The notes under the pieces were generated by a model, which saw nothing but the letters and a program-made list of their open reading frames with translations, was not told the DNA's origin and made no database searches. A stretch of DNA of 58,853 nt, the filler included, from Nemertoderma westbladi (Eukaryota > Animalia > Xenacoelomorpha), in assembly GCA_032718475.1 (NCBI GenBank). It is 3 parts of 3 records of this genome, joined end to end, with 100 filler letters (N's around TTAATTAATTAA, not from the genome) between each part and the next. Parts side by side here need not be neighbours in the genome. Positions count along the whole stretch, not along the records: positions 9,629 to 38,296 come from JAUCBJ010002654.1; 2 more parts are not named here. One strand, 5' to 3'. Made by a program: the position numbers and the translations under genes. This document shows positions 24,988-37,151 of this stretch, in pieces. Numbering within the stretch: the stretch's first letter is position 1; the number at the start of each line of letters is the position of its first letter.

Positions 24988-27900
24988 CCGACGGCCCACG
25001 AAAGAATGCAAACGGTCTTCGGCGAAGACAAGCAGTGTGATCCGGTGGCGATATTGACGCCATTCGGGTGGACGCTGAGTGGCCCAATTAAGAGTAAGAT
25101 ACCATTTAGGATGTCGGAGACATCAGGATGCATGTTCGCAGGAACTATGCAAGAAATAGGGGATGAGAGAGCGGAGGAACAGCTCAAAAGACTGCTCAGG
25201 CAAGATTTTGAGGGACTAAAGGAAACCGGCGTCGGAACCTCGGTGGAAGACAAACAGGCCCAGCAGAGCGTAGAGGAGTCTATGAGATGCGAAGAGGGGC
25301 GGTATACCATAGGGATGGTATGGAAGCTACCAAAACTACCACTGCCCGATAATAAAGGGATGGTACTCACGAGGCTTCAAAAGTTGAAACAGACGTTAAA
25401 ACGGAGCCCCGAAAAGAATGAGTACATTCATAAAACAATCAGAAAGTACGTCGAGAGGGGATGGGCCGTGGAGCTACCGGTCGACGAGCCAAACACGGAC
25501 AGGACGTATTACCTGCCACTCCACGTGGCTTTAGATCCGAAGAAAGGTAAACTGCGGATGGTGGTGGACGCATCGGCAAAGACCGACGGGAAATGCCTAA
25601 ATGACTATCTGCTAGAAGGTCCCAACATATACAACTCAGGGATAGAAGTCCTACTCAGATTCAGGAATGGAAGACACGCCTTCACCTGTGACATAGAAGG
25701 CACAGAAGGCAATACGGTTGAGGAGCTACTGGACACAGGGCGCGAGGTTCGCGACATCCTTAAAGGATCCGGCTTCAACCTGACCAAATTTCAATCCAGT
25801 TCGAAGGAATTTATCGAGGCGATAAAAGATGAGAGACCAGGATCGACCATGGATAATCCCACAACAGCCAAGGGGCAGGACATGGCGAACAAGAGAATAG
25901 AGTCTCAACAGAAGGCACTGGGAATCGTGTGGGACAGGGAGACCGATGAACTGAAGTACCAGTTGAGTCAGGGGGGTGCAGATATCCACACAAAGAGGGG
26001 CTATGTATCGTACATAGCAAGGATATACGATCCCTTAGGCCTAGCATCCCCACTACTAGTCACGGGGAAACAGATACTCAAGAAAGTATACAAGTTAAAG
26101 GACGAATGGGACGCAGAGGTCCCGGAAGAAATCAGAAAGCAGTGGCATAAGTGGACAGAGAGCCTGGAGCAGATGGGAACATACAGCATGCCAAGAGTGT
26201 ATTTCCCGGATGGGGACATGACGAATCTGGACTTACACATGTTCTCCGATGCGTCGTTGGAGGCATACGGAGCGGCACTCTATTTAGTACAACGAGAGGG
26301 GGCTCACAAACCCAGACTCGCCTTCAGCAAAGCGAAGTCAACGCCACCAGATTCAGCATCAGTTCCCAAACTAGAATTGACAGCTGCGAGACTAGGAGTT
26401 AGGGCTACAGCCTACCTAATGGATGCTATTCCCAACATAGTGGAAACGCACTACTGGACGGATTCCATGGTAGTGCTTGGTTGGCTACATAACGAAAGGA
26501 CGAGATACCCTATATTCGTCGCGAATAGAGTGGACGAAATAAGGGCGATCACAGAACTGGAAAGGTGGCACTACTGCCCAACGGACGAGAACCCAGCGGA
26601 CTTGTTATCGAGGGGCGTGGTACGCCACACTTTCTTGAAGAAGGAAGTATTGTGGCAACACGGGCCACATTTTCTGAGCGATAAGGAGGCCTGGCCGCCG
26701 ATGAGAAAGGTGGACCCGGGCTCAGGAGAAGTAGTGTTAGAAGGAGAAGAGGGAGATTCAGAGGGAGAAGAGATATACTCCCAGATGGTGAGGGAGATTA
26801 GGGACGTGCAACCAAAACCAGGAGAACTGTGCGATAACCCGACGGATAAACTCCTTAGCTACAGTTCTAGCTGGTACAAGACCAAGAAATTAGTGGCGTA
26901 CTGGAGAGCCTTCGGGAATTTCCTCAGGGGAGTTGGCAAAGACGTGAAGATTAGAATGGCAATAGATCTGGAAGGAGCGGCTAAAGCATTCATCCGCTAC
27001 GAGCAAAAGAAGAACTACGGCGACGAGGTGGAACGCGTCGGTAAACAACAGCATCTCCGACGGGACAGCGAGCTGATCACGCTGTCGCCACAACTTAATG
27101 ACGACGGGATCCTAGTAATGAACTCTAGGGTGGGATACAACAACAGTATCGTTGTCCCACCGAAGCCCATCATCATCCCCACAGGATCGCCGATAGTCCA
27201 CCAGATTATATGGGACTCCCACAAATCGATATTGCACAGGGGCACCAACCGAACCCTCACGGAGATAAGGAGGACCTTTTGGGTCAAACAATTGAGGAAG
27301 AAGGTGAAGGCGGTAGTGGGGCAGTGCCAGACCTGCCGACGAGCGAAGAAGGAGCGAGCCATACAGGAGATGGCACCACTACCGGCGAGTAGGGTAAGAC
27401 AGCACGTTTACACATTGCGGTGTGGATATGTTCGGGCCGATAAAGATTAAGGTGATGCAGCACACGGAGAAACGCTACGGTATTATCTTCGTATATAATA
27501 ACACGCGGGCGGTAGGGATAGAACTCACCCAGGATGCAACCGCATCGGCATTCATTAATGCCTTAGAGAGGTTTAGAGACCGCAAGGTGGGACGATCGCA
27601 GTAATATTCTCCGACAATGGGACCAACTTTGTGGGGGCGGAGAACGAGATGGCAGAGGCCTTGGATATTCTGGAAGGAGAGGAAGTCAGGGCAGCCATGA
27701 GGCGACGACAAGTAAAGTGGGAGAGGAGGACACCGTATGCACCGCATACCCTAGGATGCGTCGAGAGACTAGTGGGTAGTTCGAAGCGTCTGATGACGAA
27801 GCTGATGAACACCCATATGGTTACGGAGGACGTGCTAAGGACAGTACTTGCGAAGTGTGAGGGTATCATTAATAGCAGACCGCTATATCCAGAGAATGAT

Positions 27901-28320
27901 GACCCTGAGTCACTAGACGTGCTGACGCCGAGCCATTTCTTAATGGAAAGGCCAGCGACTATCGATATGCGGGGTGTAGACCCAGATGACATACACTCCC
28001 GCCAGAGTTGGAAAGTCGCTAAGGCGATAAGCGCAGAGTATTGGAGGAGGTGGGTTGAGGAATACCTACCCATGCTTCACAAAAGAAGCAAGTGGAGGAA
28101 GACGAACAGGGAGTTAAGAGAGGGAGATCTCGTGATCGTCTCGGATGATACTATCATCAACAACCAGTGGCGGTTGGCGAGAGTTGTAGGCACTTACTCC
28201 GATGAGGACGGAAGAGTCCGATCGGTAGAAGTGCGGATAGGTGGCAAGATAGGTGCGAAAGACAGAAAAACCTACAGGAGGGCTGTAGGGAAATGCTGTC
28301 TATTAGAAGGGGCACCTTAG
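24988..28320 (+). pseudogene. BEL/Pao pol (RT with core deletion, RNase H, frameshifted integrase)
   Basis: RT N-terminus YLPLH...KLRMVVDASAK...LNDYLLEGP...LRFR..DI; RNase H FSDAS, PKLEL, WTDS, NPAD; integrase HHCC, DMFGP, SDNGTNF, VERLV; frameshifts near 27410 and 27600; no YVDD motif. Confidence 0.92.
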
Positions 28321-28454
28321 AATAGAGAGAGAGGTGTTTAGTCGTCCAAGTTTTGGACTGAGGGGGGTGGGATTGAGGGCGAGACGCCCTTCCCACACAA
28401 AATAAAATAAAAAAATAATAAATATGAATAATAGGTACGCAGTAAGTAGGCAGA

Positions 28455-29210
28455 TAGATGTTAGTTAGTTGAGTTAGATAGAGGTTAGTAAGAGGGTACG
28501 TAGTACCGTCAGTTAGTTAAGTGGAGTTAGAGGGTACGTAGTACCGTCAGTTAGTTAAGTGGAGTTAGAAGTTAGTAAGAGGGTACATAGTACCGTCAGT
28601 TAGTTAAGTGGAGTTAGAGGGTACGTAGTACCGTCAGTTAGTTAAGTGGAGTTAGAAGTTAATAAGAGGGTACGTAGTACCGTCAGTTAGTTAAGTAGAG
28701 TTAGAGTAGTAAGAGGGTACGTAGTACCATTAGTTAGTTAGTGAAGTTAGAGGTTAGTAAGAGGTACCCTCTTACTAACCTCTAACTTCACTAACTAACT
28801 AATGGTACTACGTACCCTCTTACTACTCTAACTCTACTTAACTAACTGACGGTACTACGTACCCTCTTACTCTTACTCTCTCTAACTAACGGTACTACGT
28901 ACCCTCTAACTCTTACTCTCTCCACTAACTAACTAACTAACGGTACTACGTAGTAGCACCGTAGTACCGTTAGTTAGTTAGTGGAGAGAGTAAGAGTTAG
29001 AGGGTACGTAGTACCATTAGTTAGAGAGAGTAAGAGTAAGAGGGTACGTAGTACCGTCAGTTAGTAAGAGTCAGAGGGTACGTAGTACCGTTAGTTAGAG
29101 AGAGTAAGAGTAAGAGGGTACGTAGTACCGCTAGTTAGTTAGAGAGAGTTAGAAGTTAGTAAGAAAGTACGTAGTAGTTAGTACGTAGTACGTAGTAGTT
29201 AGTAAGAGAT
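28455..29210. repeat. Internal repeat array with two long inverted repeats
   Basis: About a dozen copies of GGGTACGTAGTACC in a GTTA/GAG-rich context; the middle segment 28767-28950 is in the opposite orientation. Confidence 0.93.
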
Positions 29211-29685
29211 AGAGGTAGAAGGGTATATATAGTATAGATATTAGTCAGTAGTTAGTAGCGAGAGGGGGGCATATGAGTACAGCTGGATAAATCGTGTAGG
29301 CCGCGCGACGCATACTGTTGTACTGCACAAGCCCACAGAGTAGGCCAGAATGTGGATTAGAAAATAGAATAATCCATAAATAGTAGGTAGTAGAATTAAA
29401 ATTAAGTTAAAATAAAATAAGAATAGGGCTGAAAGAAAAAATTAACAAATTATGGTAACAGTAGGAAAGAAATTCTGGAATACAATAAAAGTAACTGACA
29501 AATTCGTAACTTAGGTACAATTTGGTAGCTACAGAAATAAAGCAGTGTAAAATAGGCAATAACTCAGAAATTCAGAGAGAGATAGGCCATTATTGGACCG
29601 TACAGACCATCCTAGCTACATCACTCACTTATACTGCGCCTTGGTAAGGCACCACCTTATAGGTGAGCGATCGGGAGAGTTCGAA

Positions 29686-30402
29686 ATGGCGGGGAAACTG
29701 ATCAGGAAGAGAAAGGCGGAGTCAGGAGGAAAGGAGATACTGGTGGATTTCACCAATAGGCATCCGGAAGAGAGGACGAGGGGATACTACGACCGGTTAG
29801 AAAAGGGTCACGCAGCACGAGCGCTACAGGACCACTTCAGGGAGATGCATGAACAGCGGCTGGTCGGGACCTACGGGACGCCGTCGCTGGACCACGCGAT
29901 CTTCGAGCATTTCCACTACGTGGTGAAAGGAGACGAGGCGAAGTTCGGGATTCCGAAGTACGCGAGAGAGTCACCGAGGAAAGATTGGAAGATTATCAAA
30001 CGGAGGCTTCCGTTTACCTACCAGGAAGTGGCGACGGCGGCATCATATGCCGGGGTGATAAATACGCAGAGGTATTTGGATAGGTGGACGCCACAGAACA
30101 GAGGAGAGTTTAGGGATTTCTTGGCGGAGCATGTGCCGCGGGCAATGAAGATGATCTTATGGGACGCCACCAGGGGGAGACAACAGGGCCACTTGGAGGG
30201 GCCACCCGCGAAGCGATATCGGGAGCTGATAACACCGGCACCCAAGGAGCCAACGACCGGGATCAGTAAGGAGGTGGCGGCGAGAGTCCGAAGACAGAAA
30301 GCAGATCCCAGAGGAGCGGTAGTTACCAGGAAACGACCCAGGGAGGAGGACGGCAAAGGGAAAGACTTGAGGTTGTTCCCCATGGCTGGTGGAACGAACT
30401 AA
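29686..30402 (+). CDS. Extra ORF of the BEL/Pao element, 238 aa, basic, function unknown
   Basis: Intact ORF from ATG 29686 (frame open from 29593) with the same purine-rich sense strand as gag/pol; NLS-like RKRK, PPAKR and RKRPR; no signal peptide or transmembrane segment; AATAAA at 30455. Confidence 0.65.
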   Translation: MAGKLIRKRKAESGGKEILVDFTNRHPEERTRGYYDRLEKGHAARALQDHFREMHEQRLVGTYGTPSLDHAIFEHFHYVVKGDEAKFGIPKYARESPRKDWKIIKRRLPFTYQEVATAASYAGVINTQRYLDRWTPQNRGEFRDFLAEHVPRAMKMILWDATRGRQQGHLEGPPAKRYRELITPAPKEPTTGISKEVAARVRRQKADPRGAVVTRKRPREEDGKGKDLRLFPMAGGTN

Positions 30403-31102
30403 GACTTCGGTGTAACGTGCCTAGAAGGCACCACGCGAAACGTGCGAACTTTTGAATAAAATTCAAATAATGTAAATAATCAAATAAGTGCAATTTGTAT
30501 GTACGTACGTAGCAATCAGTAGTTTAGTAATGAAATATACATATTTGAAGTAAGTACTATAGTCATACAACCTTTTTCAATTAGCTACTGGGACTGGGAG
30601 CCAATTGACTATGGCACTATAGACGAGACAATAGACGATTTCACGCTTCTTGAGTGCGACGGCACAGGAAGTGGGAAGGGGGGTGAGGTTCGTCAGGAGG
30701 AGTGAGTGAGATAGAGGAGGGGTCGAGAAGAGGGTGATAGTGTGGAGTGCGAGGAGAGCGTGGGCGCAATTCAGGTGTGGGGGGGGGGGGGGGGGAGAAC
30801 CGAGAGAAGAAGTGTGGGACGAGGAGGTCCGGGAGTATGCGAGAGCTAGGGTGAGAGTGGAGGAGAGTTAGGGCGAAGGTTTTGGGGAAACAAAAGTCGT
30901 GTGAGAGGAGCGCGCGATCGGCCCGACACGGGACGCCAGGCAAACGGGTAGCATTATCATACCCATAGGGAGCGGCCTGGAAAGCCGGCTCCGAAAGAAA
31001 ATAATCCCACCCCACGCCCGACTCTAGGTCGGGGTCCAGCGGAATTGTAGCGCACTAGAGGTGGATGCTATCTTCTCACCGGGAAGATAGCATGGGGGGG
31101 AG

Positions 31103-31663
31103 TGTTAGCTTATCCTATTCCGCTAACACAAACCCATAAAGTGAGCCGTTAAGCAATATTGGGAGCACGAGGTTGATTACCAATATCAACCTCGTGTCAC
31201 CCCAACAAAGTGGGAAGGAGAAAACACACACACACACGCACAATAAGGGTCAGGGGTTATACCCCTGAAAGAGGGAGAATAGCAGGGGCAAGGGGGAAGC
31301 ACTTCAGGGGAGGAAAAGGGTGACAACAGAGTTATTAGCCAATGGGGGGAAGGCACCGGCTGAGTAGCGTAACTTGGCCAACCGTGCAATATATTACCAT
31401 TCAGTCAGTGTATCATTTAGTCAGTGTAGCATTTGGTGTTAGTTAGGTTAGTTTAGCTAGGGAAGTACCGGGACTTTTAATCACCGTTTCCCGCCTTCCG
31501 TTTACTATATCAGCAATTCTGTGTATCATTCATTTATCTATACTATTATACCCAAGGACTATATACAACGAACAACGCGAACTCTTTTCACCTTTTCACA
31601 CACGGCGGGGACGCGTAGATTAATAAACCGGATAAATCGGGATCCTTCGTGGATCCCGTCACA
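31103..31663 (+). repeat. 3' LTR (561 bp)
   Basis: By eye it differs from the 5' LTR by one substitution near the start (TATCCTATTC vs TATCCAATTC) and one extra CA unit. Confidence 0.97.
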
Positions 31664-33350
31664 GTTGATCTCTATAATGCTGGCTGTTGATCCCTATAAT
31701 GCTGGCTGTTGATCCCTGTGATGCTGGCTGTTGATCTCTATAATGGTGGCTGTTGATCCCTATAATACTGGCTGTTGATCCCTATAATGCTAGCTGTTAA
31801 TCCCTATAATGTTGGCTGTTGATCCCTATAATGCTGGCTGTTGAGTTGATCCCTATAATGCTGGCTGTTTAGTTGATCCATATAATGTTGGCTGTTGAGC
31901 CCTATAATGTTGGCTGTTGATCCCTATCTATAATGTTGGCTGTTGATCCCTATCTATAATGTTGGCTGTTGATCCCTATAATGCTGGCTGTTGATCCCTA
32001 TAATGTTGGCTGTTGAGTTGATCCCTATAATGCTGGATGTTGATCCCTAGAATATTGGCTGTTGATTCCTATAATGTTGGCTGTTGATCCCTTTAATGTT
32101 GGCTGTTGATCCCTATAATGTTGGCTGTTGATCCCTATAATGTTGGCTGTTGATCCCTATCTATAATGTTTGCTGTTAATCCCTATAATGCTGGCTGTTG
32201 ATCCCTATAATGGTGGCTGTTGATCCCTATAATGTTGGCTGTTGATCCCTATAATGCTGGCTGTTGATCTCTATAATGTTGGCTGTTGAGTTGATCCCTA
32301 TAATGTTGGCTGTTGATCCCTATAATGCTGGATGTTGATCCCTAGAATATTGGCTGTTGATCCCTATAATTTTGGCTGTTGATCCCTATAATGTTGGCTG
32401 TTGATCCCTATAATTTTGGCTGTTGATCCATATAATGTTGGCTGTTGATCCCTATCTATAATGTTGGCTGTTGATCCCTATAATACTGGCTGTTGATCCC
32501 TATAATGCTGGCTGTTAATCCCTATAATGTTGGCTGTTGATCCCTATAATGCTGGCTGTTGAGGTGATCCCTATAATGTTGGCTGTTGAGCCCTATAATG
32601 TTGGCGGTTGATCCCTATAATGTTGGCTGTTGATCCCTATCTATAATGTTGGCTGTTGATCCCTATAATGGTGGCTGTTGATCCCTATAATGCTGGATGT
32701 TGATCCCTAGAATATTGGCTGTTGATCCCTATAATGCTGGATGTTGATCCCTAGAATATTGGCTGTTGATCCCTATAATGTTGGCTGTTGATCCCTATAA
32801 TGTTGGCTGTTGATCCCTATAATGTTGGCTGTTGATCCCTATAATTTTGGCTGTTGATCCCTATAATGCTGGCTGTTGATCCCTATAATGCTTGTTGATC
32901 CCTATAATGTTGGCTGTTGATCCCTATAATTTTGGCTGTTGATCCCTATAATGCTGGCTGTTGATCCCTATAATGTTGGCTGTTGATCCCTATAATTTTG
33001 GCTGTTTTCCCTATAATGCTGGCTGTTGATCCCTATAATGCTTGTTGATCCCTATAATGTTGGCTGTTGATCCCTATAATTTTGGCTGTTGATCTCTATA
33101 ATGCTGGCTGTTGATCCCTATAATGTTGACTGTTGATCCCTATAATGTTGGCTGTTGATCCCTATAATGTTGGCTGTTGATCCCTATAATTTTGGCTGTT
33201 GATCCCTATAATGCTGGCTGTTGATCCCTATAATGCTTGTTGATCCCTATAATGTTGGCTGTTGATCCCTATAATTTTGGCTGTTGATCCCTATAATGCT
33301 GGTTGTTGATCCCTATAATGCTTGTTGATCTCTATAACGCTGGCTGTTGA
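31664..33350. repeat. 22-bp minisatellite, right part
   Basis: Unit TGTTGATCCCTATAATG(C/T)TGGC continues in phase after the TSD, for about 1.7 kb. Confidence 0.95.
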
Positions 33351-33725
33351 GTATTGGAAATTGAAGTTGTTGGAAATTGAGCTGGGCAAATGACTAAATA
33401 ATTTGATAATTGAAAAAAATTCCGGCAATGCCAGCAGTAAGAAAACGTATAGAACAATCTTCACACCAAATAAAAATAAGGGCGGTGGCTCTGTCCTACT
33501 AAATATAATGTTTTATTAAGAGTTTTAAAATATTTACTTATTTTCATATTGAATAATCTATGATTTTTTTTGGATTTTCATGAAAACATTTTTCGTAATA
33601 AAATGGTATTTTGATATGATTGATAAAATAAAATTATTGCTCAAGTTGATAGGATGGTTTGTTCGTGGTTCGTAGAAATCTATCACAATAACTTGGAATG
33701 TTTGGAACGTGCATGCGGAATGTAT

Positions 33726-36521
33726 TAGGGATGCAACAGAGCTAAAATTTCATCCGGAGCCGGAGCCCGGAGGTTCCTCCGTGTTACAATATGAGCTCCG
33801 ACCGGAGCCAGAGCCGGAGCCGGAGGTTTGGTGATTGATAATTCAAGTGTATTGTATGGGCACGCACTTACTTTTAGACCTAATGGAAGAATGTGAATTG
33901 ATACCAACAAATAACACATTCGAAAAGAGTAAGGGGAAGCTATGGACCTTTCAATACCCTAATGGAACCAAAGCACAACTGGATTACATCCTTATAAACA
34001 AAAAGTGGAGAAATAGCATGATCAACTGCGAGGCATACAGCTCGTTCAACCTAATTGGTTCGGACCACAGAATTGTGACTGCAGAGATCAGACTCAGTTT
34101 GAGAGCCAGCAAACCCAGGACAAGCAAGCAAATCAACTATGACTGGGAGAAACTCAGAACTGACAATGCTGTAAAGGATGCTTATACAGTAGAAGTTCAA
34201 AACCGCTTTGAAGCACTTCAGTCAATGGATGAAGACCAATCCACCGATTCAATATACCAGAATATAATAACAGCCCACAAGGAATCAGCTAAGAGGCATA
34301 TCCCCCAGAAACCTAAACGAAAACAGTATGTGCCATGGCAAAACTCTGAGGTTACTTGTAAGAGAGAAGATCTTAAGATAGCCTACAAAGTTAAAACCGA
34401 ACAACCAACAACCGAAAACATTAACAAGGTTAAGAAAGCTAAGGACGATCTTAAATTGGCCTACAACATCAGCCAGGAAAAGTACATACAGGATAAAACT
34501 GAAGCAATTACAACTGCTCACATACAGCAACAATCAAGACTTACCTGGCAAACTGTAAATGAGGTATCTGGTCGGAAAAGCCGTTTTCTCAATCCTGGCT
34601 GGCGTACTGCAAGGTGACACATTAGCACCATTACTATTTGTAATTGTGCTGGATTATGCAATGAGGACGGCCACAAAGGGTGAAGATCTGGGATTCACAC
34701 TTCAAGAACGCAGAAGTAGTAGATATCCGGCAACTACAGTCACAGACACCGACTTTGCGGATGACATCGCCCTGCTCTCTAATACGCTAGCAGATGCACA
34801 GCTTCTACTAAATAAAGTGGAGAGGGCTGCTAAGGAGGTTGGATTGCATATAAATGCTACCAAGACCGAATTCATGACCTTTAATGTTGATGGAAACTTG
34901 ACAACCATTGATAATAATCAACTAAGGAAGGTCGATGACTTCCAGTACCTTGGATCATGGATAGAGAGTAGCAAAAAGGACATAGAAGTTAGGAAAGCAA
35001 AGGCTTGGGTAGCTCTATCAAAAATGGATACCATCTGGAAATCAGATCTCTCCAGGCACCTGAAGACTAAGTTCTTTCGAGCCACAGTGGAAAGTGTATT
35101 TTTATACGGGGGTGAGACCTGGACACTGACTAAATCACTTGAACAACGAATTGATGGTTGCTACACAAGACTGCTAAGGGCAGCCCTAAACATCAGCTGG
35201 AGACAACACATGACAAACGCCGAGCTTTATGGTACAATACCACCTGTATCAACCACCCTCCGTGAACGCAGATTAAGATTCAGTGGGCACTGCTGGCGAA
35301 GTAAAGACGAGGTCATACCAGATCTACTTCTCTGGCAACCAACTCATGGAAAGCGTAGTCGTGGACGACCTGCCATAACATATATAGATCAACTTGAAAG
35401 GGATACTGAATTTGGGAGAAACGAAATTGCGACAACTATGGAGAATCGGGAAGCCTGGAAGGATCTCATTTCCACTGTCCGAGTTCGCTCGACCTAGTAG
35501 TAGTAGTATTATTATAGTAGACATAGATAGATTTATGCGTTCATGAAAAAAAAGAGGGGAGGGGGGGGGGATTTGATGCAAATTCTTTCTAGGCGACTTG
35601 ATATCTCGCTCAATGTTAAATTATCAATTAAGGGAAATGAGCAGTTTACAGTCGCATGCTATTCTATTCTAATCAAAGCAATAAACTATATCCAATAGAA
35701 CAGGATACAGTTTTATTTTTGGGAGTAATCAGCAGTTATTTGCGTCGATTTTCTCCTGGAGAGGATTTCATTTTGATTGCGTCCAAACCAAAGACTCCCT
35801 TATTTGGTGTTCAATGGGCTAAAATATACTGTAATGTTTTAGACTTTTCAGTTCACACTCATTACGCAAACTCTGTTATATTTATTTCTTACGACTAGAC
35901 TATCAGTAACTTCGGTTTGTTGTCAACTTATCATCGACACTATTTTTATGGGACATTGTGTAATTAATTTCCAGGAGTTGGTGCAGTATTCAGTATATTG
36001 TCATTGATAAACGATAAAATATGTACCACCTACCTTAAACAGTAGGCTGGCATAAACCGGATATCTAAAATAATATTTAGTAATTTGGATATATCACAAC
36101 AGTTTAGAGGGCCCTCGGGCTCTATTTACATTATTGGAACTGAAATACAATCTCCGCACACAAATATTGTATAAACTATTAAAATTATTATTACATAAAT
36201 TTAATAAACAAATAGTTCTAGAATTATAAGTATTTAAACCAGCCTGTCGGGGATGGGGATGGGAGGGGGGATGGGGGGGGGGGGGGGGGGTGTTATCAGG
36301 AAACTTAAAAAAACAAGCTGTAAATTACTTAATGAGTTATTATGTTAATTACTATGATATTTACATCATTCCTACATCAGAAAAACTTATCATTTTAATT
36401 CGAGTTTAAACAACAAAAGCTCCGGATTGGCTCCGGGTTAATTTGCCCGGAGCCGGAACCAGAGCCAGAACTATAAAATTGGCCCGGAGCTCCGGATTTC
36501 CGGAGCCCTGTCGCATCCCTA
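33726..36521. mobile_element. hAT-like non-autonomous element containing a LINE insertion
   Basis: TIR TAGGGATGC(A/G)ACAG(A/G)GCT; perfect 8-bp TSD GAATGTAT (33718-33725 / 36522-36529); CCGGAG subterminal repeats at both ends. Confidence 0.9.
33860..35510 (+). mobile_element. RTE-like LINE (second family), 5'-truncated with an internal deletion
   Basis: APE C-terminus (WTF..PNG..QLDYIL, SDHRIV) is joined out of frame near 34580 directly to GVLQGDTLAP...DFADD, so the RT N-terminal domains are missing; ends in a (TAG)n tail. Confidence 0.92.
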
Positions 36522-37151
36522 GAATGTATCATGGAATTCACAATGTGTATCAAACGTCTAGAAGGATTGATCATCCTGAAAGAAGCCTTTCTAATTTAAG
36601 ATAACATTTTAATTCTTTAACAAAAAACCTCTAAACTTTAAATTCGATGCGCACTCGGACCTTTTATGAAATATTTAACTCTTATTTGTATTTTATTTTA
36701 TTACAACAAAAATTGAAATGGATTATGAGAGAATTGTTTTTTTAAAGCTATAATAAATTAATATATTGAAAATAATTAAATTATGTAGAAACAACAATAA
36801 CACAAGAGATAGAAACAAACAAGAAATACAATATTCGATAGATAATAAGATATTATTTTAATGAATCAAATAATGATTGCGACACGAACACCCCCCCCCC
36901 CCCCTCCCCCAACCTTAATTGAATATTGTGTTCGGGTTCGGGACACTGCGACATAAATAAATCAAAGCAATACGAAAACATATTAAATTCATACAAAAAA
37001 AGCAAACAGTCAGTCATCCGAAGCCGGAGGCGAATGTAGTAAGTTTCTATGACAATAATGGTTCTTGAATAGGAACCGGCATTCACTTTTTTTGTCCATT
37101 TGGAGGCGGACAGTAAGTTATCAAAAATTAATCCATTACAGACATAATTTA

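Larger units (their letters stand above)
19663..31663 (+). mobile_element. BEL/Pao LTR retrotransposon, structurally complete but with defective pol, 12.0 kb
   Basis: TG...CA LTRs at both ends; 5-bp TSD GTTGA (19658-19662 / 31664-31668); polypurine tract GGGGGGGAG before the 3' LTR; domain order Gag-PR-RT-RNaseH-IN with BEL-specific motifs. Confidence 0.97.

Noticed and set aside
29593-30402. Extra retroelement ORF as an envelope gene
   Set aside because: No signal peptide, transmembrane helix or cysteine pattern; too short and basic.
19013-33350. Regular short repeats as a CRISPR-like array (also 13062-13949 and 28455-29210)
   Set aside because: Units are contiguous or separated by repeat-derived sequence; no unique spacers, no cas genes, eukaryotic context.
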